From: Aquificales bacterium
GTDB taxonomy: Bacteria > Aquificota > Aquificia > Aquificales > QOAS01
NCBI GenBank assembly: GCA_012962155.1
Contig: DTXZ01000004.1
Coordinates: forward strand, 1 to 42,738
Reading direction: 5' to 3'
Length of the DNA: 42,738 nucleotides
Positions 1 through 10,800 of this stretch are shown here, piece after piece. Numbering within the stretch: position 1 is the stretch's first letter; each line of letters begins with the position of its first letter. A program made the position numbers and the translations under genes. The notes under the pieces were generated by a model. The model saw only the letters and a program-made list of their open reading frames with translations, was not told the origin of the DNA and searched no databases.

Positions 1-1119
1 GCGGAGCTGGATAGGCTCAAAGAGGAAAAAATCAAGCAGGGTGTGGATGTTATAGACTTGGGAGTTGGAGACCCCGACCTTCCCACTCCTAAGGAAATTA
101 TAGAAGCGGGACAAAAAGCCTGCGAAGACCCCGCCAATCACAGATACCCGTCCTACAAAGGTCTCCCCGCCTTTAGAAAAGCGGTAGCCCAGTGGTATAA
201 GGAACGTTTTAATGTAGAGCTTGACCCCGATAAAGAAGTTGTTACCCTTATAGGTTCAAAAGAGGGTATAGCCCACTTTCCCTTGGCGTTTGTAGACGCC
301 TGCGATATAGTGATAGTTCCCGAACCCGCCTATCCCGTTTACAAAATAGGAACAATTTTTGCCGGAGGGATACCCTATACCGTCCCTCTAAAGGAGGAAA
401 ATAAATTTCTAATAAACCTTGACACTATTCCCGAGCAGATTGCCAAAAGGGCAAAAATAATTTGGGTAAATTACCCCAACAACCCCACTTCCGCCACCGC
501 TACCCGTGAATTCTACGAAAAGCTTATAGATTGGGCTAAAACTTATAACGTAATAGTGGCTTCCGACTTGGCATACTCCGAGATTTACTACGATGAAAAC
601 GATAAACCTCTCTCCATTTTGCAGATACCCGGTGCTAAAGATGTGGCAATAGAATTTCATTCCCTCTCTAAAACCTACAACATGACTGGTTGGCGTATAG
701 GAATGGCGGTCGGTAACGAAGAGTTGGTCCAAGGTCTCGGGAAGGTAAAAACCAACGTAGATAGCGGACAGTTCAATGCGGTTCAAATAGCGGGAATAGA
801 AGCCCTCAAAAACAGCGAAAAATACAGAAAACAAATAATTCCGATTTATGAAGAAAGAAGAAGGGTTATGACCGAAGCGTTGGAAAAAATCGGGTTAAAA
901 CCGTTTAAGTCCAATGCAACCTTTTACCTTTGGGTAAAAGTTCCCGAAGGGTACACCTCCGCGGAATTTACAAAACTACTTCTGGACAAAGCGGGTATAG
1001 TAGTTACCCCTGGAAACGGTTTCGGAGAAGCGGGTGAGGGATACTTCAGGATTTCATTAACCGTTCCCACCGAAAGACTACTGGAAGCGGCGGAAAGAAT
1101 TAAAAACCTAGTTCTGTAA
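1..1119 (+). CDS. dapL: Class I/II PLP aminotransferase, most likely LL-diaminopimelate aminotransferase (5' end truncated by window edge)
   Basis: Frame is open from base 1 (AELDRLKEEKIKQGVDVIDLGVGDPD). Motifs GSKEG, NYPNNPT, DLAYSE, PLP-lysine SLSKTYNMTGWRIG and PGNGFG..GEGYFRISL. Fold is certain; substrate is inferred from family resemblance. Confidence 0.75.
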   Translation, partial: AELDRLKEEKIKQGVDVIDLGVGDPDLPTPKEIIEAGQKACEDPANHRYPSYKGLPAFRKAVAQWYKERFNVELDPDKEVVTLIGSKEGIAHFPLAFVDACDIVIVPEPAYPVYKIGTIFAGGIPYTVPLKEENKFLINLDTIPEQIAKRAKIIWVNYPNNPTSATATREFYEKLIDWAKTYNVIVASDLAYSEIYYDENDKPLSILQIPGAKDVAIEFHSLSKTYNMTGWRIGMAVGNEELVQGLGKVKTNVDSGQFNAVQIAGIEALKNSEKYRKQIIPIYEERRRVMTEALEKIGLKPFKSNATFYLWVKVPEGYTSAEFTKLLLDKAGIVVTPGNGFGEAGEGYFRISLTVPTERLLEAAERIKNLVL

Positions 1120-1170
1120 TTTTTCCCTTTCACCTTTTTGGTGTACTCTTGGGGAAAATAATTCCCTTTA

Positions 1171-2613
1171 ATGGTTAACGAAATTATCAAACTTCCCGCC
1201 GTTCGGCTCAGGGAAGAAATAGCAAAAGGAAATATCTCCCCCACCGAAGTTGTTGAAACCTTTGCCAAAAGGATCCGGCAGGTTGAGGAAAAAATAAACG
1301 CCTTTGTAACCTTAATGGTGGAACAAGCTTACGATAAGGCCAAAAGGGTTAAGGGTGGAAAGCTCTTTGGAGTACCCATAGCGGTTAAAGATAACATACT
1401 CACCTACGGGGTTAAAACGACTTGTAGTTCCAAAATGCTTGAAAACTTCGTAGCCCCTTACGATGCAACGGTAAGCGAAAGGATAAAAAAAGAAGGGGCA
1501 ATAATTATCGGAAAAACCAATATGGACGAATTCGCAATGGGTTCTTCCACCGAGTATTCCGCTTTTGGACCGACCAAAAATCCCTGGGATTTGGAAAGGG
1601 TTCCCGGGGGCTCTTCGGGGGGGAGCGCCGCCGCGGTAGCATCCTTAATGGCACCCCTTTCCTTGGGTTCGGACACGGGAGGGTCTATCCGACAACCTGC
1701 TTCCTTTTGTGGAGTTATAGGATTAAAACCTACCTACGGTAGGGTTTCAAGGTATGGACTTGTAGCCTTTGCCAGTTCTTTAGACCAAATTGGACCCTTC
1801 GGAAGGTATACGGAAGATGTAGCCCTCCTTTTGGAAGTTATAAGCGGTAAAGACCCCAAAGACAGCACCTGTGCCGATAAACCGGTTCCCAACTTTGTAG
1901 AGGAGATAAAAAAACCTATAAAGGGATTAAAGGCGGGAATCCCCAAAGAAATATTTGACCTGGGACTCGGCGGTGAAGTTAGGGAAATATTTGAAAATTG
2001 GCTTGAAAAATTAAAAACCCAAGGTGTGGAATTAAAAACCGTAGAACTTCCTATGCTCAAGTATGCGATCCCCACTTATTATGTAATAGCAACTTCCGAA
2101 GCTTCTTCAAACCTCGCCAGGTATGACGGGGTCCGTTACGGCTACAGAACTCCCAAATATAAAGACTTGACCGAAATGTATACCAAAACCAGGGATGAGG
2201 GTTTTGGATCCGAAGTCAAAAGGAGAATAATGCTGGGAACTTTTGCGCTATCAACGGGATATTACGATGCTTACTACCTTAAGGCGAAAAAAATCCAAAG
2301 ACTCCTTTACAAGGACTTTGCGAGGGTATTTAAAGAGGTGGACGTAATCCTAACCCCTACAACCCCTACACCCGCTTTCAAATTCGGAGAAAAACTGAAC
2401 AACCCGATAGATATGTATCTGTCCGATATATTCACCGTTTCCGTAAACCTGGCAGGCCTTCCCGCGGTAAGCGTTCCCATAGGTCTTACCGCCAATAACT
2501 TACCCGTAGGAGGGCAGGTAATAGGAAAACCTTGGGAGGAAACCACCATATTAACCGTAGCCTACAACTGGGAAGAGATTTCTCAATTTCCCAGTTGGTT
2601 TCCCAATATCTAA
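1171..2613 (+). CDS. gatA: Asp/Glu-tRNA(Asn/Gln) amidotransferase subunit A
   Basis: Amidase signature KDNI, GKTNMDEFAMGSSTE, PGGSSGGSAAAV, GSDTGGSIRQPA; GatA-specific SNLARYDGVRYG and GFGSEVKRRIMLG; 480 aa. Confidence 0.97.
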   Translation: MVNEIIKLPAVRLREEIAKGNISPTEVVETFAKRIRQVEEKINAFVTLMVEQAYDKAKRVKGGKLFGVPIAVKDNILTYGVKTTCSSKMLENFVAPYDATVSERIKKEGAIIIGKTNMDEFAMGSSTEYSAFGPTKNPWDLERVPGGSSGGSAAAVASLMAPLSLGSDTGGSIRQPASFCGVIGLKPTYGRVSRYGLVAFASSLDQIGPFGRYTEDVALLLEVISGKDPKDSTCADKPVPNFVEEIKKPIKGLKAGIPKEIFDLGLGGEVREIFENWLEKLKTQGVELKTVELPMLKYAIPTYYVIATSEASSNLARYDGVRYGYRTPKYKDLTEMYTKTRDEGFGSEVKRRIMLGTFALSTGYYDAYYLKAKKIQRLLYKDFARVFKEVDVILTPTTPTPAFKFGEKLNNPIDMYLSDIFTVSVNLAGLPAVSVPIGLTANNLPVGGQVIGKPWEETTILTVAYNWEEISQFPSWFPNI

Positions 2614-2730
2614 TCTTTTTTTCAATTTTACAATAAAACTCATAGATAAATACGAGCCTCTTAAGTTTAATGCTTGGAAAACTCTCTTTAGTTAACATTG
2701 AATAAAAACTTTTATTTTTGGAGGTTTAAA

Positions 2731-5052
2731 ATGACAAAACCCGTAATTACCTGGACTAAGACCGACGAGGCTCCTCAGCTGGCAAGTTATTCTTTGCTGC
2801 CCATCGTTAAGGCTTTTACCAAAGATGCGGGCGTTGAAATTGATGTAAAAGATATTTCCTTGGCGGGAAGGGTTTTGGCCCAATTCGGTTACGAACCCGA
2901 CGACTTGGCCTACTTAGGAGAGCTCGTTTGGAAACCGGAATGCAATTTAATAAAACTCCCCAATATTTCCGCATCGGTTCCCCAGCTCATAGACACCGTT
3001 AGAGAACTCAAGAAGAGGGGATTTGACCTACCCGATTATCCCGAAGAACCCAAAACTCCCGAAGAGGAAGAAATTAAAAAGAAATACGACGCTTGCGTAG
3101 GTTCTGTAGTTAACCCCGTCATTAGGGCGGGTAACTCCATAAGAAAAATAGCCCAACCCGTTAAGGAATATGCAAAAAAACACCCCCACAAACTTAAACC
3201 TACCGACCCCCACCAGAAGTCCTACGTCGCCTATATGAAATCGGGTGACTTTTACGCACACGAAAAATCGGTGGTCCTTGAAAAAGATACCAAGCTCAAA
3301 TACGTTTTCGTGAACCCCAAAACCGGTGAGGAAATAGTTCTCAAAGAGATCCAAGGCGAAAAAGGAGACGTTATAGACGGAACTTGGATGAATAGAAAAG
3401 TCCTAAGGGAATTCTTTGAAGAGGTAATCCAAGACGCCAAAGAAAACGATATACTCTTCTCGCTTCACGTGAAGGCTACCATGATGAGAGTTTCCGACCC
3501 CGTAATATTCGGGGATGCCATAAGGGTTTACTACAAAAAATTGTGGGAAAAACACGGAGACCTTCTGGAGAAGATAGGGTTCAAACCCGAGAGGGGATTG
3601 GTAGACCTGGAAGAGAAAATGCAAAAACTCTCCCCCGAGGAGCAAGAGGCTATTAAGAAAACTATAGAGGAAATTTACAAAGAGAGACCCAGAATGTATA
3701 TGGTGGACTCCGACAGGGGTATAACCAACCTGCACAGACCCAACGATGTAATCATTGACGCATCCGTTCCCGCGGTAATCAAAAACGGTCTCCAAGGATG
3801 GGGTCCCCAAGGCGAAGAGGACGATGTAGTTATTACCGTTCCCGACAGAAGCTACTCTACTATGTACGACGAAATCGTTGAAGACATTAAAGTTAGGGGT
3901 CAGTTTGACCCTGCCGGTGTCGGTTCCGTTGAAAACATAGGTTTAATGGCTATAAAGGCGGAAGAATACGGTTCTCACGATAAGACCTTCTTTCCTCCCG
4001 AGGACGGAATTATTGAAATCCGCGACGAGGACGGCAACGTCCTTATGAAACACAGGGTCAACAAAGGCGATATTTACAGAAGCTGCCAAACAAAAGATGT
4101 TGCAATCAAAAACTGGATTGAGATAGCGGTTAAAAGGGCCAAGGAGGCCTCCCAAGAGTATAACGACAACGTTCCCATTGTTTTCTGGTTGGACAGAAGA
4201 AGGGCCCACGATAGAGAACTTATAAGAATTGTTAAACGCGAACTGCAAAGGTTGGAAAAGGAAGGAAAACTTGAGGGTGTTGACTGGTATATTATGCCCC
4301 CCAAAGATGCTATGAAATTCACCCTCAAACGCTTCAGGGAGGGTAAATACACAATCGCAGTTACCGGAAACGTTCTTAGGGACTATCTAACCGACCTGTT
4401 CCCCATAATAGAGGTTGGAACCTCGGCAAGGGCCCAATCTATAGTTCCCCTACTAAAGGGCGGAATACTCTTGGAAACCGGAGCGGGTGGTTCCGCACCC
4501 CGACATGTATCCCAGTTTCTAAAAGAAAGCCACCTAAGGTGGGACTCCTTGGGTGAATTCTTGGCGGTATACGAAGCTCTAATGCACGTATACAGAAACA
4601 ACCCCGAAAACAAAAAGGCTAAAGTTATCGCCGATGCGCTTTACAAAGCAATTTACAAATACCTAATGGAAGATAAAACTCCCAAAAGAAAAGTGGGTCA
4701 GCTAGACACCCGAGGTTCCCACTACTATCTGGCTAGATTTTGGGCGGAAGCCCTCGCCGAGCAAGGAGAGGATAAAGAACTGAAAGAAAAATTTGCTCCC
4801 GTTGCAAAAGAATTGGCCGAAAAAGAGGAGCAAATCCTTGAAGAGATAAGGGCTACCGAAGGAAAACCCGCGGGTATAGACGCTTGGTACTTCTTCGGGC
4901 TAAATCCCAACGACCCCGTTGAAAAACAAATTCTTGAAAAACTACCTCCCGAAAAACAGAAAGAAGTTATTGAACTCTACGAAAAAGTTGTATCCCTCAT
5001 GAGACCTTCTAAAACCTTCAACGCAATAATTGACAAGCTTTTAAATAACTAA
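2731..5052 (+). CDS. icd: Monomeric NADP-dependent isocitrate dehydrogenase
   Basis: TDEAP.LA, KLPNISAS, SLHVKATMMRVSDP, GLMA.KAEEYGSHDKTF, TGNVLRDYLTDLFP, ETGAGGSAPRHV, HLRWDSLGEF, MRPS. Start moved to ATG 2731, preceded by a GGAGG Shine-Dalgarno (ORF track starts at TTG 2698). Confidence 0.95.
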   Translation: MTKPVITWTKTDEAPQLASYSLLPIVKAFTKDAGVEIDVKDISLAGRVLAQFGYEPDDLAYLGELVWKPECNLIKLPNISASVPQLIDTVRELKKRGFDLPDYPEEPKTPEEEEIKKKYDACVGSVVNPVIRAGNSIRKIAQPVKEYAKKHPHKLKPTDPHQKSYVAYMKSGDFYAHEKSVVLEKDTKLKYVFVNPKTGEEIVLKEIQGEKGDVIDGTWMNRKVLREFFEEVIQDAKENDILFSLHVKATMMRVSDPVIFGDAIRVYYKKLWEKHGDLLEKIGFKPERGLVDLEEKMQKLSPEEQEAIKKTIEEIYKERPRMYMVDSDRGITNLHRPNDVIIDASVPAVIKNGLQGWGPQGEEDDVVITVPDRSYSTMYDEIVEDIKVRGQFDPAGVGSVENIGLMAIKAEEYGSHDKTFFPPEDGIIEIRDEDGNVLMKHRVNKGDIYRSCQTKDVAIKNWIEIAVKRAKEASQEYNDNVPIVFWLDRRRAHDRELIRIVKRELQRLEKEGKLEGVDWYIMPPKDAMKFTLKRFREGKYTIAVTGNVLRDYLTDLFPIIEVGTSARAQSIVPLLKGGILLETGAGGSAPRHVSQFLKESHLRWDSLGEFLAVYEALMHVYRNNPENKKAKVIADALYKAIYKYLMEDKTPKRKVGQLDTRGSHYYLARFWAEALAEQGEDKELKEKFAPVAKELAEKEEQILEEIRATEGKPAGIDAWYFFGLNPNDPVEKQILEKLPPEKQKEVIELYEKVVSLMRPSKTFNAIIDKLLNN

Positions 5053-5140
5053 ATCCCCCTACATGTTTAATCTCTTTCTTTCTTCTCCCCTTTTTGGTAT
5101 AACTGCTTTTTTTTAATAAAAACCTACGGAGGTCTACATT

Positions 5141-7141
5141 ATGGCAAAGGGAACCGTTGCTTGGAAAATTATCAAAGAGCACCTCGTTCACGGTGAAATG
5201 GAACCGGGTAAAGAGATAGCCATTAGAATAGACCAAACCCTCACCCAAGACGCTACCGGAACTATGGCTTACCTTGAATTTGAGGCAATGGGAGTAGATG
5301 AGGTAAAAACTCCCGACCTATCGGTTTCTTATATAGACCACAACACCTTACAGCTTGACTTCCGAAACCCCGACGACCATGAGTATTTGAGAACCGTAGG
5401 AATGAAATATGGAATTTGGGTATCCAAACCCGGCAACGGTATCTGCCATCAAGTTCACCTAGAAAGGTTTGCCAAACCGGGAAAAACTTTGTTAGGTTCG
5501 GACTCCCACACTCCCACCGCCGGTGGGGCGGGAATGATAGCAATAGGTGCGGGAGGATTGGACGTAGCTGCCGCAATGGCGGGAGAGCCCTTCTACACCA
5601 AAATGCCCAAAATCGTTAAAGTTGAACTCAGGGGCAAACAACTTCCCCCATGGGTTTCCGCAAAGGACATAATCCTTGAAATGCTCCGCAGGCTTACCGT
5701 TAAAGGCGGGCTTATGAAAATTTTTGAATACGTCGGAGAGGGAATAAAGGCTCTATCCGTTCCCGAAAGGGCAACGATTACCAATATGGGTGCTGAATTG
5801 GGAGCTACCACATCAATATTCCCCTCCGATGAACTAACGTTGGACTTCTTCCGCAGGCAGGGAAGGGAACAAGATTGGATTGAACTCTTGCCCGACCCCG
5901 ATGCGGAGTATGACGAGGAAGTCATTATAAATCTTGATGAATTGGAACCTTTAATAGCTCAACCCCACTCGCCCGATAATGTTGTCCCCGTTAGGGAACT
6001 CCAAGGTAAGAGAATTAAAGTTAACCAAGTTGTTATAGGTTCCTGCACAAACTCCTCCTACAGAGACCTTAAGACTGTTGCAGAAATTCTCAAAGGCAAA
6101 AAAGTACACAGGGATGTATCCCTTATAATAGCCCCCGGTTCCAGACAGGTTTTGGAGCAAATCGCTAGGGACGGAACTTTGGCGGACCTAATTAATGCGG
6201 GAGCGAGGATTATTGAAACAGCATGCGGTCCTTGTATCGGTATGGGATGGGCACCTCCCTCCAAAGGTATATCGGTAAGGTCCTTTAATCGAAACTTCAA
6301 AGGCCGTTCCGGAACTCTGGACGCGGGGGTATACTTGGCATCTCCCGAAACTTGCGCGGCCGCGGCCCTGACCGGTTACATAACCGACCCCAGAACCCTT
6401 GGCGAACCCATTAGGGTAACCTTGCCCGAAAAATTCTTGCCTTACAATGATGCACTACTTATACCCCCTCTACCCAAAGGGGAAAGGGAAAAAGTAGAGA
6501 TAAGAAGGGGTCCCAACATAAAACCTCTACCCGAATTTGACGAAATGCCTGAGACTATTAAAGGAAAGGTAGAAATAAAAGTTGGAGATAACATAACAAC
6601 CGACCACATTATGCCCGCGGGAGCCAAAATCCTACCCCTAAGGTCCAACATTTACGAAATCTCCAAATACGTATACCACTACGTAGACGAAGGCTTTGCC
6701 CAAAGGGCTCTAAACAATAAAGAGCAAGGAATAGCCACCGTAATTGTAGGTGGAGAAAACTACGGACAAGGTTCTTCCAGGGAACACGCCGCATTGGCAC
6801 CTAGATACTTGGGGGTAAGGGCTGTAATTGCCAAATCCTTTGCCAGAATTCACCACCAAAACCTCTGCAACTTCGGAATACTGCCCCTGGAATTCGTAAA
6901 CCCCGCCGATTACGAGAAAATTGACCAAAACGATGAGATTGAAATCCCCAACGTAAGGGAACAACTCACCGCTTGTGTTAAAGAGGGCAAACCTATAAAG
7001 GTAACCGTTAAAAAACCTTCCGGAGATACCTTTGAAATAGAAACCACCGTTAATATAACCCCCAGACAATACGAACTCCTTATGGCAGGTGGACTGCTCA
7101 ATTACATAAAAAATAAGCAGAAGCAAGAAAAGACCAACTAA
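5141..7141 (+). CDS. acn: Aconitate hydratase (compact ~660-aa Aquifex/archaeal type)
   Basis: QDATGT, IDHN, GICHQ, DSHT, [4Fe-4S] ligands GSCTN and CGPCIG, SFNRNF.GR, TTDHI.PAG, NYGQGSSREHA; GGAGG SD upstream; adjacent to icd. Confidence 0.92.
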   Translation: MAKGTVAWKIIKEHLVHGEMEPGKEIAIRIDQTLTQDATGTMAYLEFEAMGVDEVKTPDLSVSYIDHNTLQLDFRNPDDHEYLRTVGMKYGIWVSKPGNGICHQVHLERFAKPGKTLLGSDSHTPTAGGAGMIAIGAGGLDVAAAMAGEPFYTKMPKIVKVELRGKQLPPWVSAKDIILEMLRRLTVKGGLMKIFEYVGEGIKALSVPERATITNMGAELGATTSIFPSDELTLDFFRRQGREQDWIELLPDPDAEYDEEVIINLDELEPLIAQPHSPDNVVPVRELQGKRIKVNQVVIGSCTNSSYRDLKTVAEILKGKKVHRDVSLIIAPGSRQVLEQIARDGTLADLINAGARIIETACGPCIGMGWAPPSKGISVRSFNRNFKGRSGTLDAGVYLASPETCAAAALTGYITDPRTLGEPIRVTLPEKFLPYNDALLIPPLPKGEREKVEIRRGPNIKPLPEFDEMPETIKGKVEIKVGDNITTDHIMPAGAKILPLRSNIYEISKYVYHYVDEGFAQRALNNKEQGIATVIVGGENYGQGSSREHAALAPRYLGVRAVIAKSFARIHHQNLCNFGILPLEFVNPADYEKIDQNDEIEIPNVREQLTACVKEGKPIKVTVKKPSGDTFEIETTVNITPRQYELLMAGGLLNYIKNKQKQEKTN

Positions 7142-7176
7142 TAAGTTTTCTTTCCTTTATCATTTAATCCCTTTTT

Positions 7177-7842
7177 ATGGGTTTTCCCATTTTTGTAACC
7201 GCAACCAATACCGGTATAGGTAAAACTTTTTTCTCTTACCTCTTATGTAGTTCCCTAAAGGATTTGGGTTACAAGGTTGGATATTGGAAACCGGTTGAAA
7301 CCGGTGCCAATCCTTACCCCCAGGATGCAAAACTTTTATCCGAGCTTCTAAACCAACCGCTGGAGGAGACGGTAACGTATACCTTTCAATTACCCCTTGC
7401 CCCCGCGGTGGCGGAAAAATACGAGGGAGAGAAAATAGAAATAGAAAGGTTAAAGGGGATTTACTATCAAAAGCTAAAAGCTTTTGACCTTCTTGTTATT
7501 GAAGGTGCGGGAGGATTGGCGGTTCCTATAAAAGGGAATTACACCTACGGAAACTTCGCCAAGGAACTTAACCTTTCCGTTTTAATAGTCAGTGATGCGA
7601 AACTGGGAACTATAAACTGCAGTTTTCTAACCGCCTTCTACGGTAAGTCTTTAAAATTGAACCTCATAGGATTTGTCTTTAACCGATTCACCGGTGAAGA
7701 CTTTTCCGAAAGAGATAACCCTTCGGTTGTAGAGAAATTAACCGGACTAAAGGTGTGGTTTAAAATTCCTAAAACCGACTTAAGGAATTACAAATTGGAA
7801 GAGGAAACTCTAAAAGAGTTTTTAAAGAAGATAAAAGGCTAA
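7177..7842 (+). CDS. bioD: Dethiobiotin synthetase
   Basis: P-loop TNTGIGKT, KPVETG, PLAP..A, EGAGGL.VP, LGTIN. Confidence 0.95.
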   Translation: MGFPIFVTATNTGIGKTFFSYLLCSSLKDLGYKVGYWKPVETGANPYPQDAKLLSELLNQPLEETVTYTFQLPLAPAVAEKYEGEKIEIERLKGIYYQKLKAFDLLVIEGAGGLAVPIKGNYTYGNFAKELNLSVLIVSDAKLGTINCSFLTAFYGKSLKLNLIGFVFNRFTGEDFSERDNPSVVEKLTGLKVWFKIPKTDLRNYKLEEETLKEFLKKIKG

Positions 7843-7843
7843 A

Positions 7844-10800
7844 TCAGGAAGCTTTTTGTTCCCCTTCTTCGGTAAAAAGCCGGTTTCCCACTTCTTGAGA
7901 TAGGGGTTCCACCTGCACTTTGCTGTATATCTCTTCTCCTGTTCCTACGGGAACTAGGTTACCGATTATAACATTTTCTTTTAGTCCTCTAAGTTCGTCA
8001 ATCTTACCTTCGCAAGCCGCATCGGTTAAAACTTTGGTGGTTTCTTGGAAAGATGCGGCGGATATCCAGGATTTGGTGTGGAGTGCCGCTTTGGTGATAC
8101 CGACCAGAACTGGTTCCGCTTTAGGGAGTTTTCCACCTACCTCTTTTATTCTCTTAATTTCTTCCTCAAAGTCCTCCTTATCCACAATTTCCCTAACGAT
8201 AAAGCGGGAATCTCCGGGGTCGGTAATCCTAACCTTTCTAAGCATTTGTCTAATAATGATCTCAAAGTGTTTATCGTGGATATCAACCCCTTGGAGTTTG
8301 TAAACCATTTGAATTTCCTTAATAAGGAACTTCTGTAGCTCTTCAACTCCCTTAATTCGCAAGATTTCGTGGGGATTGGGTGTCCCGTCGGTGAGGGGAT
8401 CTCCCGCCTGAACCCTATCTCCATCTTTGACTAGGAGCATTTTTCCTTTGGGAACAAAGTATTCCTTTTCCAAACCGGTTTCCCTGTTATAAACGACAAT
8501 CTTATAACCTTTAGAGGTCATTTGAACCCTTCCGTCAATTTCCGCTTTGGTTCTATCGGTAATAGGTGTTCCCTTTCTGACCATTTGTCCCGCTTTGACG
8601 AGGATAAGTTCGTCTTTTGCAACTTTGTGGCTCCAAGTTTGTTTAGTGAAGGGGTTGAAGATTATAATCTCGTCCGCATCCTCGTATATTTTAACTTCCC
8701 CGTCAATTTCGCTGAGAATTGCGGGGTTTTTGGGAGGTCTTGCCTCAAATAGCTCCTCAACCTTGGGCAGACCACCGACGATGTCTTTAACCTTAGCCGT
8801 TTCCTTGGGAAGTCTTGCCAAAATATCTCCGGGATAAACCTCTATATCCTCGGCAGGTTCAAGGTATTGGTGTTGAATTTCCGCACCTTCCGCTTCACTA
8901 CAAGTGGGGCAAGGTTTCCAAACCAACTTTAATTTATCCCTGGAAACCATAAGGGTTGCGTTAACGGGCAGGTCGTAAACGTATTCCTTACCATCTTCAC
9001 TGACGATAGTTAGCCTGGGGGTATGAAGCATCGCATCTTTGGGTTTCATAAAGCTGATAACGAGGGAGATCTTTCCGGTGATGGGGTCCCTCTCTTCTTT
9101 AATAGTTACGTCCTTAATAATATCGGTTAGTTGCAGTTTACCTTTAACCTCGGCAATAATAAATTCCGCAAAGGGGTTCCATTCCGCAATTTTAGTTCCT
9201 TTTGTAATTTCTCTATCCTCTTCCGCCAGGAGGATTGCCCCATGGGGAATGGGGTGTCTTTCCAAGATTCGGCCATTTCCCTTATCCACTATGTAAACCT
9301 GTGCCTGCTTGGAGGTAACAATTTTTCTTCCCGCCCGGTCTACAACATATTTGACATTGTGATATTTTAGGATTCCGTCGTTTTCCGCAATTAGTTCGCT
9401 CTTTATTTTTTCCGCTGTCGCCGCACCACCGATGTGGAATGTTCTCATGGTGAGCTGGGTTCCGGGCTCACCGATAGATTGAGCGGCGATAATACCTACC
9501 GCTTCACCGACCGCAACGGGTTTACGGTTGGAAAGGTCCATTCCGTAACATTTGGCACAAACACCGCCTTTAGCTTCGCAGGTGAGGACGCTCCTTACTT
9601 TCACCTTCTCAATACCAGCCTTTTGAATTTGTTCCGCCTTTTCGTCATCTATAAGTTCGCCCGCTTTTACTATTACTTCGCCCGTAATGGGGTCTTTCAC
9701 ATCCGCCGCGGCAACCCTTCCGAAAACCCTTTCCTTTATGGATACTTTTTCTTCTCCACCTTCAATAATGGGTTCGACTGTAATACCCTTAATGGTTCCA
9801 CAGTCTTCCGTAACGATTCTAACCTCTTGGGCTACGTCTACCAATCTACGGGTTAGGTAACCGGCTTGGGCGGTCTTTAGGGCGGTATCCGCCAATCCTT
9901 TACGGGCACCGTAGGTGGAGATGAAGTATTCCAAAACGGAAAGACCCTCTTTGAAGGAGGATATAATGGGAGTTTCAATAAATTCTCCCGAGTGCTTAGC
10001 CATAAGTCCACGGGTTCCCGCCAGCTGACGAACCTGGTCTTTGTTACCCCTCGCCCCCGAAATTGCCATCATGTATATGGAGTTGAAGGTTCCGGGGAAG
10101 GTTTTTCCGTTGTAAACAATTTCGGTCTGCTCGATTTCCTTAAACATTTCTTGGGTAATCTCTTCCGTGGCACGGGACCATATATCTATAATCCTGTTAT
10201 AACGCTCCTTGTTGGTAATAATTCCTTTTCTGTATTGTTCCCATATCTTTTCGGTTTCCAAAACAGCCCTTTCTACGATTTCCTTTTTCTTCTTGGGAAC
10301 CCTAATGTCGTCCATACCAATGGAAACCGCCGCTTTGGTGGAAAGCTCAAATCCTAGATTCTTTAGTCGGTCAAGAAAGTTAACCGTTTCCTCATTACCC
10401 ACAACTTTGTAAACGTCATATATGAGTTTCCCGAGGTTTTTCTTATTTAAAACTTGGTTTACAAAGCCCCTTTCTTTTCTATACTTTTCGGGGAGTATTT
10501 CATTAAACAGTATTCTCCCAACGGTCGTTTCTATAGTTTTTCCGTCAAACCTAACTTTGATTTTTGCATGAATGTCTACCTTACCGAGTTCCCATGCTTT
10601 AATCGCCTCTTCGGGAGAGGCAAAGAGTTTTCCTTCCCCGGGCCTACCCTCTATAACCTGGGTGATGTAATTGATACCAAGAATCATATCTTGGGAAGGC
10701 ATAGTTAGGGGTTTTCCGTGGGCGGGGGATAGCACCTGTTGGGTTGAAAGCATAAGGATATATGACTCCAATTGGGGTTCTATACCGAGGGGAACATGAA

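Noticed and set aside
43-45. GTG 43 as the start of the first gene
   Set aside because: The frame is open and protein-like from base 1, so the true start lies upstream of the window.
2701-2716. Palindrome AATAAAA-AC-TTTTATT upstream of icd
   Set aside because: Arms are A/T-only in an AT-rich gap; plausible by chance.
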